A stretch of DNA of 64,000 bases from an uncultured Gammaproteobacteria bacterium (GTDB lineage: Bacteria > Pseudomonadota > Gammaproteobacteria > Pseudomonadales > JAHEGP01): the NCBI GenBank assembly GCA_963751595.1, contig CAVVVC010000001.1:875741-939740 (forward strand), in the 5' to 3' direction. The notes under the pieces are model-generated. The model searched no databases, had not been told where the DNA came from, and saw nothing but the letters and a program-made list of their open reading frames with translations. The number at the start of each line of letters is the position of its first letter. Position 1 is the first letter of the stretch. A program made the translations under genes and the position numbers. Shown here piece by piece: positions 19,999 to 28,413 of this stretch.

Positions 19999-22518
19999 AT
20001 GAATCGAAACTGGCATGCTTTGATATTGTGTCTGGTGATCGCCGGCTGTGGTGGCGGTGGCGGTGGTGACGACGGCAGCGCAGCGACACCACCCGCCCAG
20101 CCACCCACGCCCCCACAGAACACCAGTGCGCAAAGCCTGGCCGAAGTTCTCGAGGATTCCGCATCCCCGGGCGGCGCCCGCAATGCCAACGGGGTCAGGG
20201 TGACAGCGGCGCAACTGGAAGCCATCGACGGCGTCACGCAGGTAGCGACTGCCAATGAGGGCGCCTATCAAGAGGCGATTCTCAGCGAGGTAGGTTTCAG
20301 TAATCCGGTGGCTGCCGCGCAAATTCAGCGCATCATCAACTCGGTCAACGCCTTCGCCGATGTGGCCAACGGGGTGAATACGGGCGATACCGGCAGCATC
20401 AGCGCAGCGCAACTACAGGCCATTGACGGAATCGAGGCCGTACTGCCGTCGCTTGTGCCGCTCTACCAGCAGGGCCTTGCAAACTTTGTGCCCAACTCCC
20501 TCACCAACCCCGCCCAACTGCAGTTCGTCATCAACGTGGTCAATGGCGACGATGCTGACGATGACGGCCTCAGCAACCAGGCAGAAGCCCGGGGCCTGGC
20601 CGTGACCCTGGGGCAGGAAACCCGGGTGTTCCTGACGGACCCACGGAGCGCTGATACCGATGGCGACGGTCTCCAGGATGGCTACGAGCTTTACTGGAGC
20701 CTGGGCAATACCCCCTCGCAACTGAATGCAGCACCCCCAGACACCAATGGAGATACGGTGGCCGGTACCCAACGTGACGCGATTGTGGCCGCGGCGAACG
20801 GGGTTCCGGAGCGGGCACGGGTCGGTCTGATCGACCAGGATGGCGACGGCCTGCCCCGTGACGCCGGTATCCCCTGGTACGATGGTGTCTCCTGGCGGTT
20901 TGTCAGCACCGATCCCCTCAAGCAGGATAGCGACGACGACAAGCTTTTCGACGCCGCGGAAGCCGGCCTGCAGTTGACTTTCAGGCTCTACCGGGGATTT
21001 GATCAGGCCGCCGGTATCCGGGTGCTGCAACAACTCAACCCCGTGCAAGCCACCGCGCTCTGGCTCGGCACCGACTACCCGACAGAGGCCTCCCTGGAGA
21101 CCGACAGCGATGGCGGCGGGCGCGGTGACATCGAAGAGTGGTGGGCAGGCACCAATCCCGCGCTGGGGAGCGACGATCAACCCTTCCGCGGCTGTACGGA
21201 CGCCGGGCCGCCGGCCCCGACAGGCACCCGAGGCGGCTGCACGGAAAGCGCGGAGTGGGCGACCATGACCGCGGCCAATTTCCGTTTCGCACCCGGGGGG
21301 TTCGATGTCAACGACGATGGCATTGTCGAAACCGGGTTCTGGGTGTCGCAGTTTGAAGCCCGCAGCGCCGGTGCCGGCGCCGCCAGGGATCCCGCACCGG
21401 AGCAGGGCGGGGCAAGCCTCGCGGCGTACCTGAGCACACATTTTCGCGCTTACAGCTTTCTCAGCCGGCAGTTCGACCAGCGCCTTTGCATCGACGGGGG
21501 CTACCTGCCAGACCGCAACCGCGACGGCATCACCACCCCCGGAACCCTGCCGCCTGTCTGCCGCCAGAGCGAATACCCCAAGCTGGGATGGAATATCCTC
21601 AACAACCCGACGGCCAGTGGCGCAGGCATCAGCTCACCGCGGCTCACGTTTGCGCCGACGCTGCTGCCATTGACGGAGAAAACATCCATCGAGGCCAACA
21701 TCGGATTGGCGGATTCGCCGGTTGCGGGCCTTGCCATCGAGCTGCCGGACTCAGTCGACTGGATGCAGTTGGTCGCCCTGGTGATGCATGACGAGCGAAA
21801 CTGGACAGCGCCCAACGGCAATGGCGTGGCCGACACCGGGGATGGCCTAATCTTCCGCGGCCATACAGACGACCAGAACAGTAATGGCAATGGGGTGTCG
21901 GCCCTGGCAGTCAACGCGGCTGACCCGGACGACTACACCCAGGGTTACGATGGCACCGGTGACGGCAGCGAGTTCGACACCTTCCCCGACAGCCGCAACG
22001 ACATCGACCAGCGCCGCACCCTGGTGCTCGCCAACGGCACGGCGGGCAGGGATTTCAGCCTGCCATTGGGCCATGCGGTGGTCATCTGGGATCTTGCCGG
22101 AAACGTCGCGGAGTGGACCCACGACCTGATCGCGGCGCGCAGGGAGTCGTCGATCACCAGCACTCGGTTTGGGGGTGACCGCTTCCTTGGCGGCGCGGCG
22201 GGCTGGAACGAATTTGACAGCCAGGCGGTGACGACCAGCCCGATGCCGGCCTGGTGGAAACCCGTCTTACCCCATATCGAAGACCGGATCATCAACAGCA
22301 CCCAGGGCGCGGGCAGCTACCTTGACGGCTTGAGCGCCGATGGCGCGGCTTTTCTGCAGGGCTCGACATACGGCAGCGATTATGCATCGATAAGGCGCGG
22401 CGGGCAGTGGGGTAACAGGGGCGCCATAAGCCGGTCGGGTATCGCCACCACCAGCGTGGAAAACGGGCCCGACGACCGGCGCCTGGGCATTGGTTTTCGC
22501 GCGGTGAGGCGGCCGTGA
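19999..22518 (+). CDS. Lipoprotein with thrombospondin-type-3-like Ca-binding repeats and C-terminal FGE-sulfatase (SUMF1-like) domain
   Basis: 839 aa with lipobox LVIAGCGGGGGG and repeated DxDxDG motifs (DADDDGLSN, DTDGDGLQDGYE, DQDGDGLPRD). The C-terminus (NVAEWTHD, RGGQWGN, GFRAVRRP) resembles FGE domains. Confidence 0.65.
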   Translation: MNRNWHALILCLVIAGCGGGGGGDDGSAATPPAQPPTPPQNTSAQSLAEVLEDSASPGGARNANGVRVTAAQLEAIDGVTQVATANEGAYQEAILSEVGFSNPVAAAQIQRIINSVNAFADVANGVNTGDTGSISAAQLQAIDGIEAVLPSLVPLYQQGLANFVPNSLTNPAQLQFVINVVNGDDADDDGLSNQAEARGLAVTLGQETRVFLTDPRSADTDGDGLQDGYELYWSLGNTPSQLNAAPPDTNGDTVAGTQRDAIVAAANGVPERARVGLIDQDGDGLPRDAGIPWYDGVSWRFVSTDPLKQDSDDDKLFDAAEAGLQLTFRLYRGFDQAAGIRVLQQLNPVQATALWLGTDYPTEASLETDSDGGGRGDIEEWWAGTNPALGSDDQPFRGCTDAGPPAPTGTRGGCTESAEWATMTAANFRFAPGGFDVNDDGIVETGFWVSQFEARSAGAGAARDPAPEQGGASLAAYLSTHFRAYSFLSRQFDQRLCIDGGYLPDRNRDGITTPGTLPPVCRQSEYPKLGWNILNNPTASGAGISSPRLTFAPTLLPLTEKTSIEANIGLADSPVAGLAIELPDSVDWMQLVALVMHDERNWTAPNGNGVADTGDGLIFRGHTDDQNSNGNGVSALAVNAADPDDYTQGYDGTGDGSEFDTFPDSRNDIDQRRTLVLANGTAGRDFSLPLGHAVVIWDLAGNVAEWTHDLIAARRESSITSTRFGGDRFLGGAAGWNEFDSQAVTTSPMPAWWKPVLPHIEDRIINSTQGAGSYLDGLSADGAAFLQGSTYGSDYASIRRGGQWGNRGAISRSGIATTSVENGPDDRRLGIGFRAVRRP

Positions 22519-24521
22519 AAGTTCACTCCCAGCGACCCTGGGGGCGCTTGATAGGCGGCCTTTTTGTTCTTGCATTGCTCGTTGCCTGCAGTTCCGGCTC
22601 GCCCCCCGTCGAGCCGGTGGCCGACAGCAACTGGCCACAGTATCGCGGCGACCAGCAGGGCACGGGCTATTCCGCGCTGGAGCAAATCAACACCGACAAC
22701 ATCGAGGATTTGAGCCTGGCGTGGGAATACCGGACCGGCGACCTGGAGAAGTTCGGCGAGCTGTTGAAAAGCAAAAGTGCACTGCTGGTCACTCCCATCC
22801 TGCTGCCCGCAGATGCCGGCGGCGCGCTGTTGCTATGCACCCCCTTCAGCGAAGTCATTGCGCTGGACCCTGCCAGCGGCCAGGAGCGCTGGCGGTATGA
22901 CCCCGGGGTCGATGTCGCGGGCAATCATCGGCCCGGCAAATGCCGCGGCGTCAGTTGGTGGCGGGATCCCAGCAGTGCACAGAGCAGCCCCTGCCGGGAC
23001 CGGATTATCGCGGCAACCCACGACCGGCGCTTGCTAGCCCTGGACGCCCGCAGTGGCGAACTGTGCCCCGGGTTCGGGACTACCGGCGTGGTTGAACTCT
23101 ACAACCCCCAACAGGGATACGAGCCGGGGGATATCGCTACCAGCTCAGCCCCGGTGGTGGCTAACGGGCGGATCGTGGTGGGGTCTGCGGTCATCGATTT
23201 TCAAAAGACCCACGCGCCCCGGGGTACCGTGGAAGCCTTCGATGCCAAGACCGGCGAAAAAGCCTGGACCTTCGAGCTGATTCCCGGCCCCGATTCGGAT
23301 GACGCCGAGGCCCTGGCCAGTTGGCCCGCCAATGCCCGGGAGTTGACCGGCGGCACCAATGCCTGGGCACCCATGTCGGCAGATCCCGAACGCGACATGG
23401 TCTTCGTGCCCACCGGCGCACCCTCACCGGATTACTACGGCGCCATGCGCCCGGGTAACAACCTGAATGCCAACTCGGTACTGGCGCTGCGCCTGTCCAC
23501 CGGGCAACTGGTGTGGCGTTACCAGTTTACCCACCACGATTTATGGGATTACGACATTCCGGCGCAGCCACTGCTCACCGACCTGGCGGTGGACGGCGAA
23601 ACTGTTCCGGTACTTATTCAGGTCACCAAGCAGGGCTTTGTGTTTGTGCTCAATCGGGAAACCGGAGAGCCAGTGTTTCCGGTCGAAGAAGTGCCGGTAT
23701 CGCAAAGTGCCGTCACCGGGGAGTGGGTGTCGCCTACCCAACCCATGCCGCTGTCCCCCAAACCCATCATGAAGACGTCGCTGAAGCCCGAGGACGCCTG
23801 GGGCATCACTTTCTGGGACAAGGGAGTCTGTCGGGAAAAGCTGGAGGATCTGTTTTCCGAAGGCCTGTTCACACCCCTGCAGGAGGACCGCTGGACCGCG
23901 CTGATGCCAGGCAGCCTGGGTGGCGCCAACTGGGGTGGGGCGGTTTTCTGGCCCGAGCGCAAGCTGCTGTTCGTCAATGCCAATACCGCGCCGTTCCGGG
24001 CCCGGCTGGTGAAAACCACCGACCAGGCCGCTACTGGCCACACCCCCCAGCAGGGCGAAACCATGCGGGTTGCCATGGGCGGCACACCCTATACCATTGA
24101 AAACGAAACCCTCACATCGCCCCTGGGGCCGCCGTGCACAGCGCCCCCCTGGGGCAAGCTGGTGGCTATCGACCTCAACAGGGGCGAGCATGTCTGGGAG
24201 TCGCCGTTGGGATCGATTCACCAGATGGGCCCGTTCCCGTTACCGTTCCAGATCAACTGGGGTACCCCCAACCTCGGCGGCGCGCTGGTCACCGCCGGGG
24301 GCCTGGTATTTATCGGCGCCACCATGGACCAGTTGTTCCGCGCCTACGACGCCAACACCGGCGAAGTGCTGTGGGACCACAAGCTGCCCGCCGACGCCGT
24401 TGCATCGCCAATGACCTATGCCGTGAACGGTAAGCAGTATGTCGTTATCGCCGCCGGCGGACACCATATGTTCGGGCGGGATATGGCCGATTCCATCCTC
24501 GCCTTCGCGCTGCAGCCATAA
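22515..24521 (+). CDS. PQQ-dependent dehydrogenase (quinoprotein, glucose/sorbosone dehydrogenase-like) lipoprotein
   Basis: 668 aa. GTG start overlaps the upstream stop (GTGA). Lipobox LLVAC. NWPQYRGDQQGTGYSAL and the repeated W-motif beta-propeller are typical of PQQ enzymes. Confidence 0.8.
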   Translation: MKVHSQRPWGRLIGGLFVLALLVACSSGSPPVEPVADSNWPQYRGDQQGTGYSALEQINTDNIEDLSLAWEYRTGDLEKFGELLKSKSALLVTPILLPADAGGALLLCTPFSEVIALDPASGQERWRYDPGVDVAGNHRPGKCRGVSWWRDPSSAQSSPCRDRIIAATHDRRLLALDARSGELCPGFGTTGVVELYNPQQGYEPGDIATSSAPVVANGRIVVGSAVIDFQKTHAPRGTVEAFDAKTGEKAWTFELIPGPDSDDAEALASWPANARELTGGTNAWAPMSADPERDMVFVPTGAPSPDYYGAMRPGNNLNANSVLALRLSTGQLVWRYQFTHHDLWDYDIPAQPLLTDLAVDGETVPVLIQVTKQGFVFVLNRETGEPVFPVEEVPVSQSAVTGEWVSPTQPMPLSPKPIMKTSLKPEDAWGITFWDKGVCREKLEDLFSEGLFTPLQEDRWTALMPGSLGGANWGGAVFWPERKLLFVNANTAPFRARLVKTTDQAATGHTPQQGETMRVAMGGTPYTIENETLTSPLGPPCTAPPWGKLVAIDLNRGEHVWESPLGSIHQMGPFPLPFQINWGTPNLGGALVTAGGLVFIGATMDQLFRAYDANTGEVLWDHKLPADAVASPMTYAVNGKQYVVIAAGGHHMFGRDMADSILAFALQP

Positions 24522-24614
24522 GCCCCTGCGCCGGTCGCGGTGGAGCGGCGTTTTACAGAGCCACCAGCGCGACCCGGACGGCAAATCGGAACAGGCCGTA
24601 ACGCTCCCCGACGG

Positions 24615-25607
24615 CTAATCCAACGGGCTTTTAACGCCGCGCCCGCCCTTGTTCAGCACATGGGTATAGATTTCCGTTGTTGCGATATCGCTGTGGCCCA
24701 ACAATTCCTGAATGGTTCTCAGGTCGTAACCGTTTTCCAGCAGTCGCGTGGCGAAACTGTGGCGAAAGGTATGACAACTGGCGTGCTTGGCAATTCCAGA
24801 AGCCCTGATGGCATGGCGTACCCGCTTTTGCACGGCAGACGGATGAATGTGATGGCGCCGAAGCACCCCGGTGCCCGACTCGGCACCGGGCCGTGAAGCC
24901 GGAAAAAGAAAAGCCCATGCCAGAGACCGGGCAGCATGGGGAGATTTGCGCGCCAGCGCATGGGGCATCCAAACCTCGCCCCAGCCCATTTGCAGGTCGT
25001 ATTCGTGCAGTATGCGCACTGCCGTCACCTGCCGTTGCAGTGGCTCCAGCAGTGACACGGGCAACAACGTTACCCGGTCGCGATTGCCCTTACCCTGGCG
25101 CACGGTCAATTCCTGCATACCGAAATCGACATCTTTTACCCGTAGGCGGCAACACTCCATCAGGCGCAAACCCGACCCGTACAACAAACGGACCATGAGC
25201 CCGGCCATCTCCCCCTCGATAAGTTCAATGACCCGCAGCGCCTCGGCATGGGTAAAAACCACCGGGGGCCGCTTTCGATACCGGGGGCGAACATAGCTGA
25301 GGGCGCCGAACTCGACGCCAAGAAACTGGCGGTAAAGAAACACCAGCGCATTCAGCGCAATGCCCTGGGTAGCAGGAGAAACACGCCGGTGGGTAGCCAG
25401 CCAACTCAGGTAGCGATCGACGTCGTCTGCACCCAGATTCCCGGGATGTGTCTTTCGGTGAAAGCGAATGTAGTCGTAAATCCAGTGCAGGTAGGTTTTT
25501 TCCGTCGCATAGGCCAACTGCTTCGAGCGCATGAATTGGCGTAGCTGTTCAGACAGCCGCACCGGTGTGGATGCAACGGGCACAGGAATATCGCCCATAA
25601 TTATCAT
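24615..25607 (-). CDS. intI: Integron integrase IntI (tyrosine recombinase)
   Basis: Start chosen at ATG 25607 (GGAAGGA upstream). R-H-R-Y patches (GLRLMEC; HTFRHSFATRLL; LGHSDIATTEIYTHV). The integron-specific insertion HALARKSPHAARSLAWAFLFPA is present. A divergent cassette array follows. Confidence 0.9.
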   Translation of the reverse strand: MIIMGDIPVPVASTPVRLSEQLRQFMRSKQLAYATEKTYLHWIYDYIRFHRKTHPGNLGADDVDRYLSWLATHRRVSPATQGIALNALVFLYRQFLGVEFGALSYVRPRYRKRPPVVFTHAEALRVIELIEGEMAGLMVRLLYGSGLRLMECCRLRVKDVDFGMQELTVRQGKGNRDRVTLLPVSLLEPLQRQVTAVRILHEYDLQMGWGEVWMPHALARKSPHAARSLAWAFLFPASRPGAESGTGVLRRHHIHPSAVQKRVRHAIRASGIAKHASCHTFRHSFATRLLENGYDLRTIQELLGHSDIATTEIYTHVLNKGGRGVKSPLD

Positions 25608-25629
25608 CTCGTTTGTCCTTCCCTGGAGC

Positions 25630-25664
25630 ATGTACATATATACAGTATTGGCGAGTTTAGTCAA
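25630..25664 (-). promoter_or_regulatory. Putative PintI promoter with overlapping LexA (SOS) box
   Basis: Minus strand reads TTGACT-N16/17-TATATA about 25 nt upstream of the intI ATG. CTGTATATATGTACAT (25630-25645) matches CTGT-N8-ACAG at all but one core position. Confidence 0.5.
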
Positions 25665-25859
25665 CCCGTTCACGAGCCATCGCGGTGTATGTCGGCGGTG
25701 GTGGTGATAAACGATTGAAATGGAGAAGGTTTTCACCATGGTTAAAACAGGCGGAGGGAACAACAACAATGGCCACCGCTCTCTTCGACAGAAAACAGAA
25801 TATTCCCCTAATACGTAGGGCTTTGATAGTATTGGAGATTTACGAGGATGGCGTGAAAA

Positions 25860-25920
25860 CGATGACAACATACACGGCAAAAAGCTTATATCGCTTTGGC
25901 CACATATTCAGCTGTTACAG
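25860..25920 (+). other. attI region with crossover core GTTACAG (25914-25920)
   Basis: First GTTRRRY core after intI. The heptamer is the exact reverse complement of the R'' box (CTGTAAC) of cassette 1. The 5' extent of attI is not defined. Confidence 0.5.
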
Positions 25921-26212
25921 TTCATGTCATCGGAGATTTGGAATATCGTAAACTCAGAGTAAGGTGTTACCGGTTAAGAATTAGGCCGGCATCAAGGAGA
26001 GCGCTAACTATGAACCCCCACCGTTCGTTCCTGGTGCCACCGCAGAGTAGGGCGCCAATCCAGGTTTTACCGCACTCGTCAACGGGTGCCAGTATTCGGC
26101 TCAAGCCTTCGCTTGCGCTCCGGCAACCTGGCACTGTTTTATATCAGCCAGCCGTACCTGTAACCAGGCAGGGCATAGGACGCGCAAACACCGCGCGCCC
26201 ATGCCTGCAGCG
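25915..26212 (+). repeat. ORF-less cassette family, copy 1 (298 bp, includes attC1)
   Basis: Homologous over its full length to 26213-26510. No credible ORF. Confidence 0.8.
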
Positions 26213-26218
26213 TTACAG
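26158..26218 (+). other. attC1
   Basis: R'' CTGTAAC ... R' GTTACAG, 61 bp, internal GC palindrome CGCGCAAACACCGCGCG. Confidence 0.75.
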
Positions 26219-26510
26219 TTCGGGTCATCGGAAATTTGGAATATCGTAAACTCAGGGTAATGTATTACCGGTAAAGTATCAGGCCGGCATCAAGGAGAGC
26301 GCTAACTATGAACCCCCACCGTTCGTTCCTGGTGCCACCGCAGAGTAGGGCGCCACTCCAGGCTTTACCGCACTCGTCAACGGGTGCCAGTATTCGGCTC
26401 AAGCCTTCGCTTGCGCTCGGGCAACCTGGCACTGTTTTATATCAGCCAGCCGTACCTGTAACCAGGCAGGGCATAGGACGCGCAAACACCGCGCGCCCAT
26501 GCCTGCGGCG
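26213..26510 (+). repeat. ORF-less cassette family, copy 2 (298 bp, includes attC2)
   Basis: Tandem to copy 1. The core from GGCCGGCATCAAGGAG onward differs at only about 3-4 positions. Confidence 0.8.
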
Positions 26511-26516
26511 TTATGC
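26456..26516 (+). other. attC2
   Basis: R'' CTGTAAC ... R' GTTATGC, 61 bp, near-identical to attC1. Confidence 0.75.
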
Positions 26517-26531
26517 AACTAAGGAAGAAGA

Positions 26532-26948
26532 GTGGAGTATTTGTACATAGTAGGTACTTTCATTGCCTTCATCGTTGTGGGCGCTATTTTTCGTCATAGG
26601 AAAATGAGTCGAATCGCTTTGGAAAGAGGTGATTCGAATATTTGTGAATTTGCGCGCTCGTTCAATTATCGAAAAATTGATACAAAGATCATCCGAGAAG
26701 TGTGGAATGAGGTACAGGAAGCCTTGGGAAGCTATCACGGTAAAAAGTTTCCAGTTAAAGCCGATGACCTTTTCGTAAAAACATATAACCTTGATCCTGA
26801 TGACTTAGATGAGGCGTATTGGGCTATCGCGGATAAGCTTGGTATTAGCACTGATGAGCCTGAAAATAACCCATATTGGAATAAAGTTAATTCCGTAGAA
26901 GATTTGGTCAAATTCTTACATCATCAGCCTAGGGTAGAAAATGCATAA
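26532..26948 (+). CDS. Cassette 3: hypothetical N-terminally membrane-anchored protein
   Basis: 138 aa. GTG start with AAGGAAGAAGA just upstream, one TM helix (YLYIVGTFIAFIVVGAIF). AT-rich, no recognised domain. Confidence 0.55.
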   Translation: MEYLYIVGTFIAFIVVGAIFRHRKMSRIALERGDSNICEFARSFNYRKIDTKIIREVWNEVQEALGSYHGKKFPVKADDLFVKTYNLDPDDLDEAYWAIADKLGISTDEPENNPYWNKVNSVEDLVKFLHHQPRVENA

Positions 26949-27068
26949 CAAGCTCAGCCAGCATCGCCCCTACGGGGCTGGACCTCCGTTCCGGTGTTTA
27001 TTTGTGTTGTACGCTTACGCTAACACAAAACACACCTCCACTCCGGCCGCTGCTGCAGGGCGTTAGGT
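26943..27068 (+). other. attC3
   Basis: R'' GCATAAC (overlaps the stop of the 26532 ORF) ... R' GTTAGGT, 126 bp. Confidence 0.7.
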
Positions 27069-27097
27069 GCTGGGCATTCCTCGTTTGGAGTTCAAAT

Positions 27098-27829
27098 ATG
27101 CAAATTTTCTTGTCGTATGCCTCTGAGGATCGCTCGCTCGCCGAAGAGATACAGCTTGCATTGATCGGAGCCGGACACGCCGTATTCTTTGATAAAGCAA
27201 GTTTGCCCGCTGGGGGAGATTATCATTCAAGGATTGAGGCAGCCGTAAAGCGATGCGACTTGTTTGTTTTTCTAATCAGTCCCAACTCAGTCGCTTCAGG
27301 AAGCTACGCCCTCACAGAGCTGAAGTTCGCTCGTTCAAATTGGCATCACCCTAAAGAAAGGGTATTGCCGGTCCGGCTGCATAGTACAGCGTGGGAGGTA
27401 ATACCACCCTACCTAAAATCAGTCACAGTTCTTGAGCCTGAGGGCAACATTCCAGCAGAGATTCTCGGTGCTGTTTCAACAATAGCTATTAGCGATGCCA
27501 TTGGTGAAGCATCGGAATCGAAAGAAACAACGATCCCTGCTAGTAGTACACACGAAAGCGGTTCACGTGAAAACGGGAATCATGCAGTTCAGATCTGGAT
27601 TGCGATTATCGGGCTTGTTAGTGCATTGGGAGTGGCGTTGATTGCGAATTGGAGTTCTATATTTCTTCCCGGACCTTCCAGCTCAAGCTCTGTTGCTCAA
27701 GGCATGAAGGGCCCAGATACCGGTAGCTCACAATCTCAGACCCTAAACGAGTGCCCTGAGACGACCGAGTATGACTACTCAAAGGTTCCACCAGAGTCAC
27801 GAATTGTTAAGCGATGCCCCCCTCAATAA
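27098..27829 (+). CDS. Cassette 4 gene 1: TIR-domain protein with C-terminal transmembrane helix
   Basis: ATG 27098 with TGGAG upstream. TIR-like N-terminus MQIFLSYASEDRSLAEEIQLALIGAGHAVFFDK...DLFVFLISPNSVASGSYALTELKFA. TM helix VQIWIAIIGLVSALGVALIANWSSIFL, then a Ser-rich tail. Confidence 0.7.
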   Translation: MQIFLSYASEDRSLAEEIQLALIGAGHAVFFDKASLPAGGDYHSRIEAAVKRCDLFVFLISPNSVASGSYALTELKFARSNWHHPKERVLPVRLHSTAWEVIPPYLKSVTVLEPEGNIPAEILGAVSTIAISDAIGEASESKETTIPASSTHESGSRENGNHAVQIWIAIIGLVSALGVALIANWSSIFLPGPSSSSSVAQGMKGPDTGSSQSQTLNECPETTEYDYSKVPPESRIVKRCPPQ

Positions 27830-27842
27830 ACCGGAGAATATT

Positions 27843-28280
27843 ATGATTAGAAATAAACTGTTACATCTCTTCGTCGCCACAATGCTGGTGCTGCATTGGG
27901 GCTCTACGGTTGCCGCGGACCAAGACGATGCCAAGAAAGCGGCATCAGAAATCTTAGCGTCACTGCATACAGCGCAATACACAAAACTATGGGACACCCA
28001 GACAAGTGAGTTCTTCAAATCCAAGTTAACTAGAGATTCATTTCTTGCGAACATGACGATGGGCAGACAGCAATTAGGGACTCCTACCGGAAATCCGAAA
28101 TTCATCGATATGGCATACTCTCAAAGCGATCCTTCAAGCGGCTTTAAAGGGGAGATTTACGCATTCAACTACTTAAGCTCCTATACGGTAGGGAACTTTT
28201 ACGAAAGGGTAGTGGTGGTGAAAGAGCAGGATGGCAAATTTAGAATGTCAGGGCTATGGGGTTCACCTGCTCCCAAGTAG
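27843..28280 (+). CDS. Cassette 4 gene 2: secreted DUF4019-like protein
   Basis: ATG 27843 with GGAGA upstream, 13 nt after gene 1. Signal peptide LLHLFVATMLVLHWGSTVAA. The pattern QYTKLWDTQTSEFFKSKLTRDSF...RQQLG...ERVVVVKEQDGKFRMSG recalls DUF4019. Confidence 0.6.
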   Translation: MIRNKLLHLFVATMLVLHWGSTVAADQDDAKKAASEILASLHTAQYTKLWDTQTSEFFKSKLTRDSFLANMTMGRQQLGTPTGNPKFIDMAYSQSDPSSGFKGEIYAFNYLSSYTVGNFYERVVVVKEQDGKFRMSGLWGSPAPK

Positions 28281-28284
28281 GCGC

Positions 28285-28362
28285 ACCTAACAAGGCCAAG
28301 CAGCATCGCGCACTGCGTGCGCTGGACCTCGCTACGCTCGGCCGCTGTTGTAGGCGTTAGCA
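28285..28362 (+). other. attC4
   Basis: R'' ACCTAAC ... R' GTTAGCA, 78 bp. R'' is the exact complement of the cassette-4 start GTTAGGT. Confidence 0.8.
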
Positions 28363-28376
28363 CTCAAAACCAAACA

Positions 28377-28406
28377 TTGACCGACTATAATCCATTGGAT
28401 TACAAT
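28377..28406 (+). promoter_or_regulatory. Cassette-5 TA promoter with operator palindrome
   Basis: TTGACC (28377-28382), N18, TACAAT (28401-28406). Perfect 15-bp palindrome TAATCCATTGGATTA at 28388-28402. The ATG lies only 7 nt after the -10. Confidence 0.5.
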
Positions 28407-28413
28407 TGGTCTC

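Noticed and set aside
26320-26345. tRNA-like T-arm (GTTCGTTCC followed by GGTGCCACC) inside the ORF-less cassette
   Set aside because: Only a 4-bp CACC/GGTG stem can form. There is no acceptor, D or anticodon arm, so it is not a tRNA or tmRNA.
26282-26360. HDV-like ribozyme, because the core starts with GGCCGGCAU as the HDV ribozyme does
   Set aside because: No downstream GCCGGC(U) partner for a P1 helix and no matching P2/P3 arrangement exist, so the 9-nt identity is chance. Hammerhead (CUGAUGA...GAAA) and twister-type cores were also not seen.
25896-26550. ORFs 25896-26249 and 26308-26550 (and 43490-43795), translating to MNPHRSFLVPPQSRAP..., as real proteins
   Set aside because: They run through attC sites and have low-complexity Pro/Arg/Ala composition. 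All differences between copies are non-synonymous. The ATG is ATA in the third copy. They are treated as non-coding cassettes.
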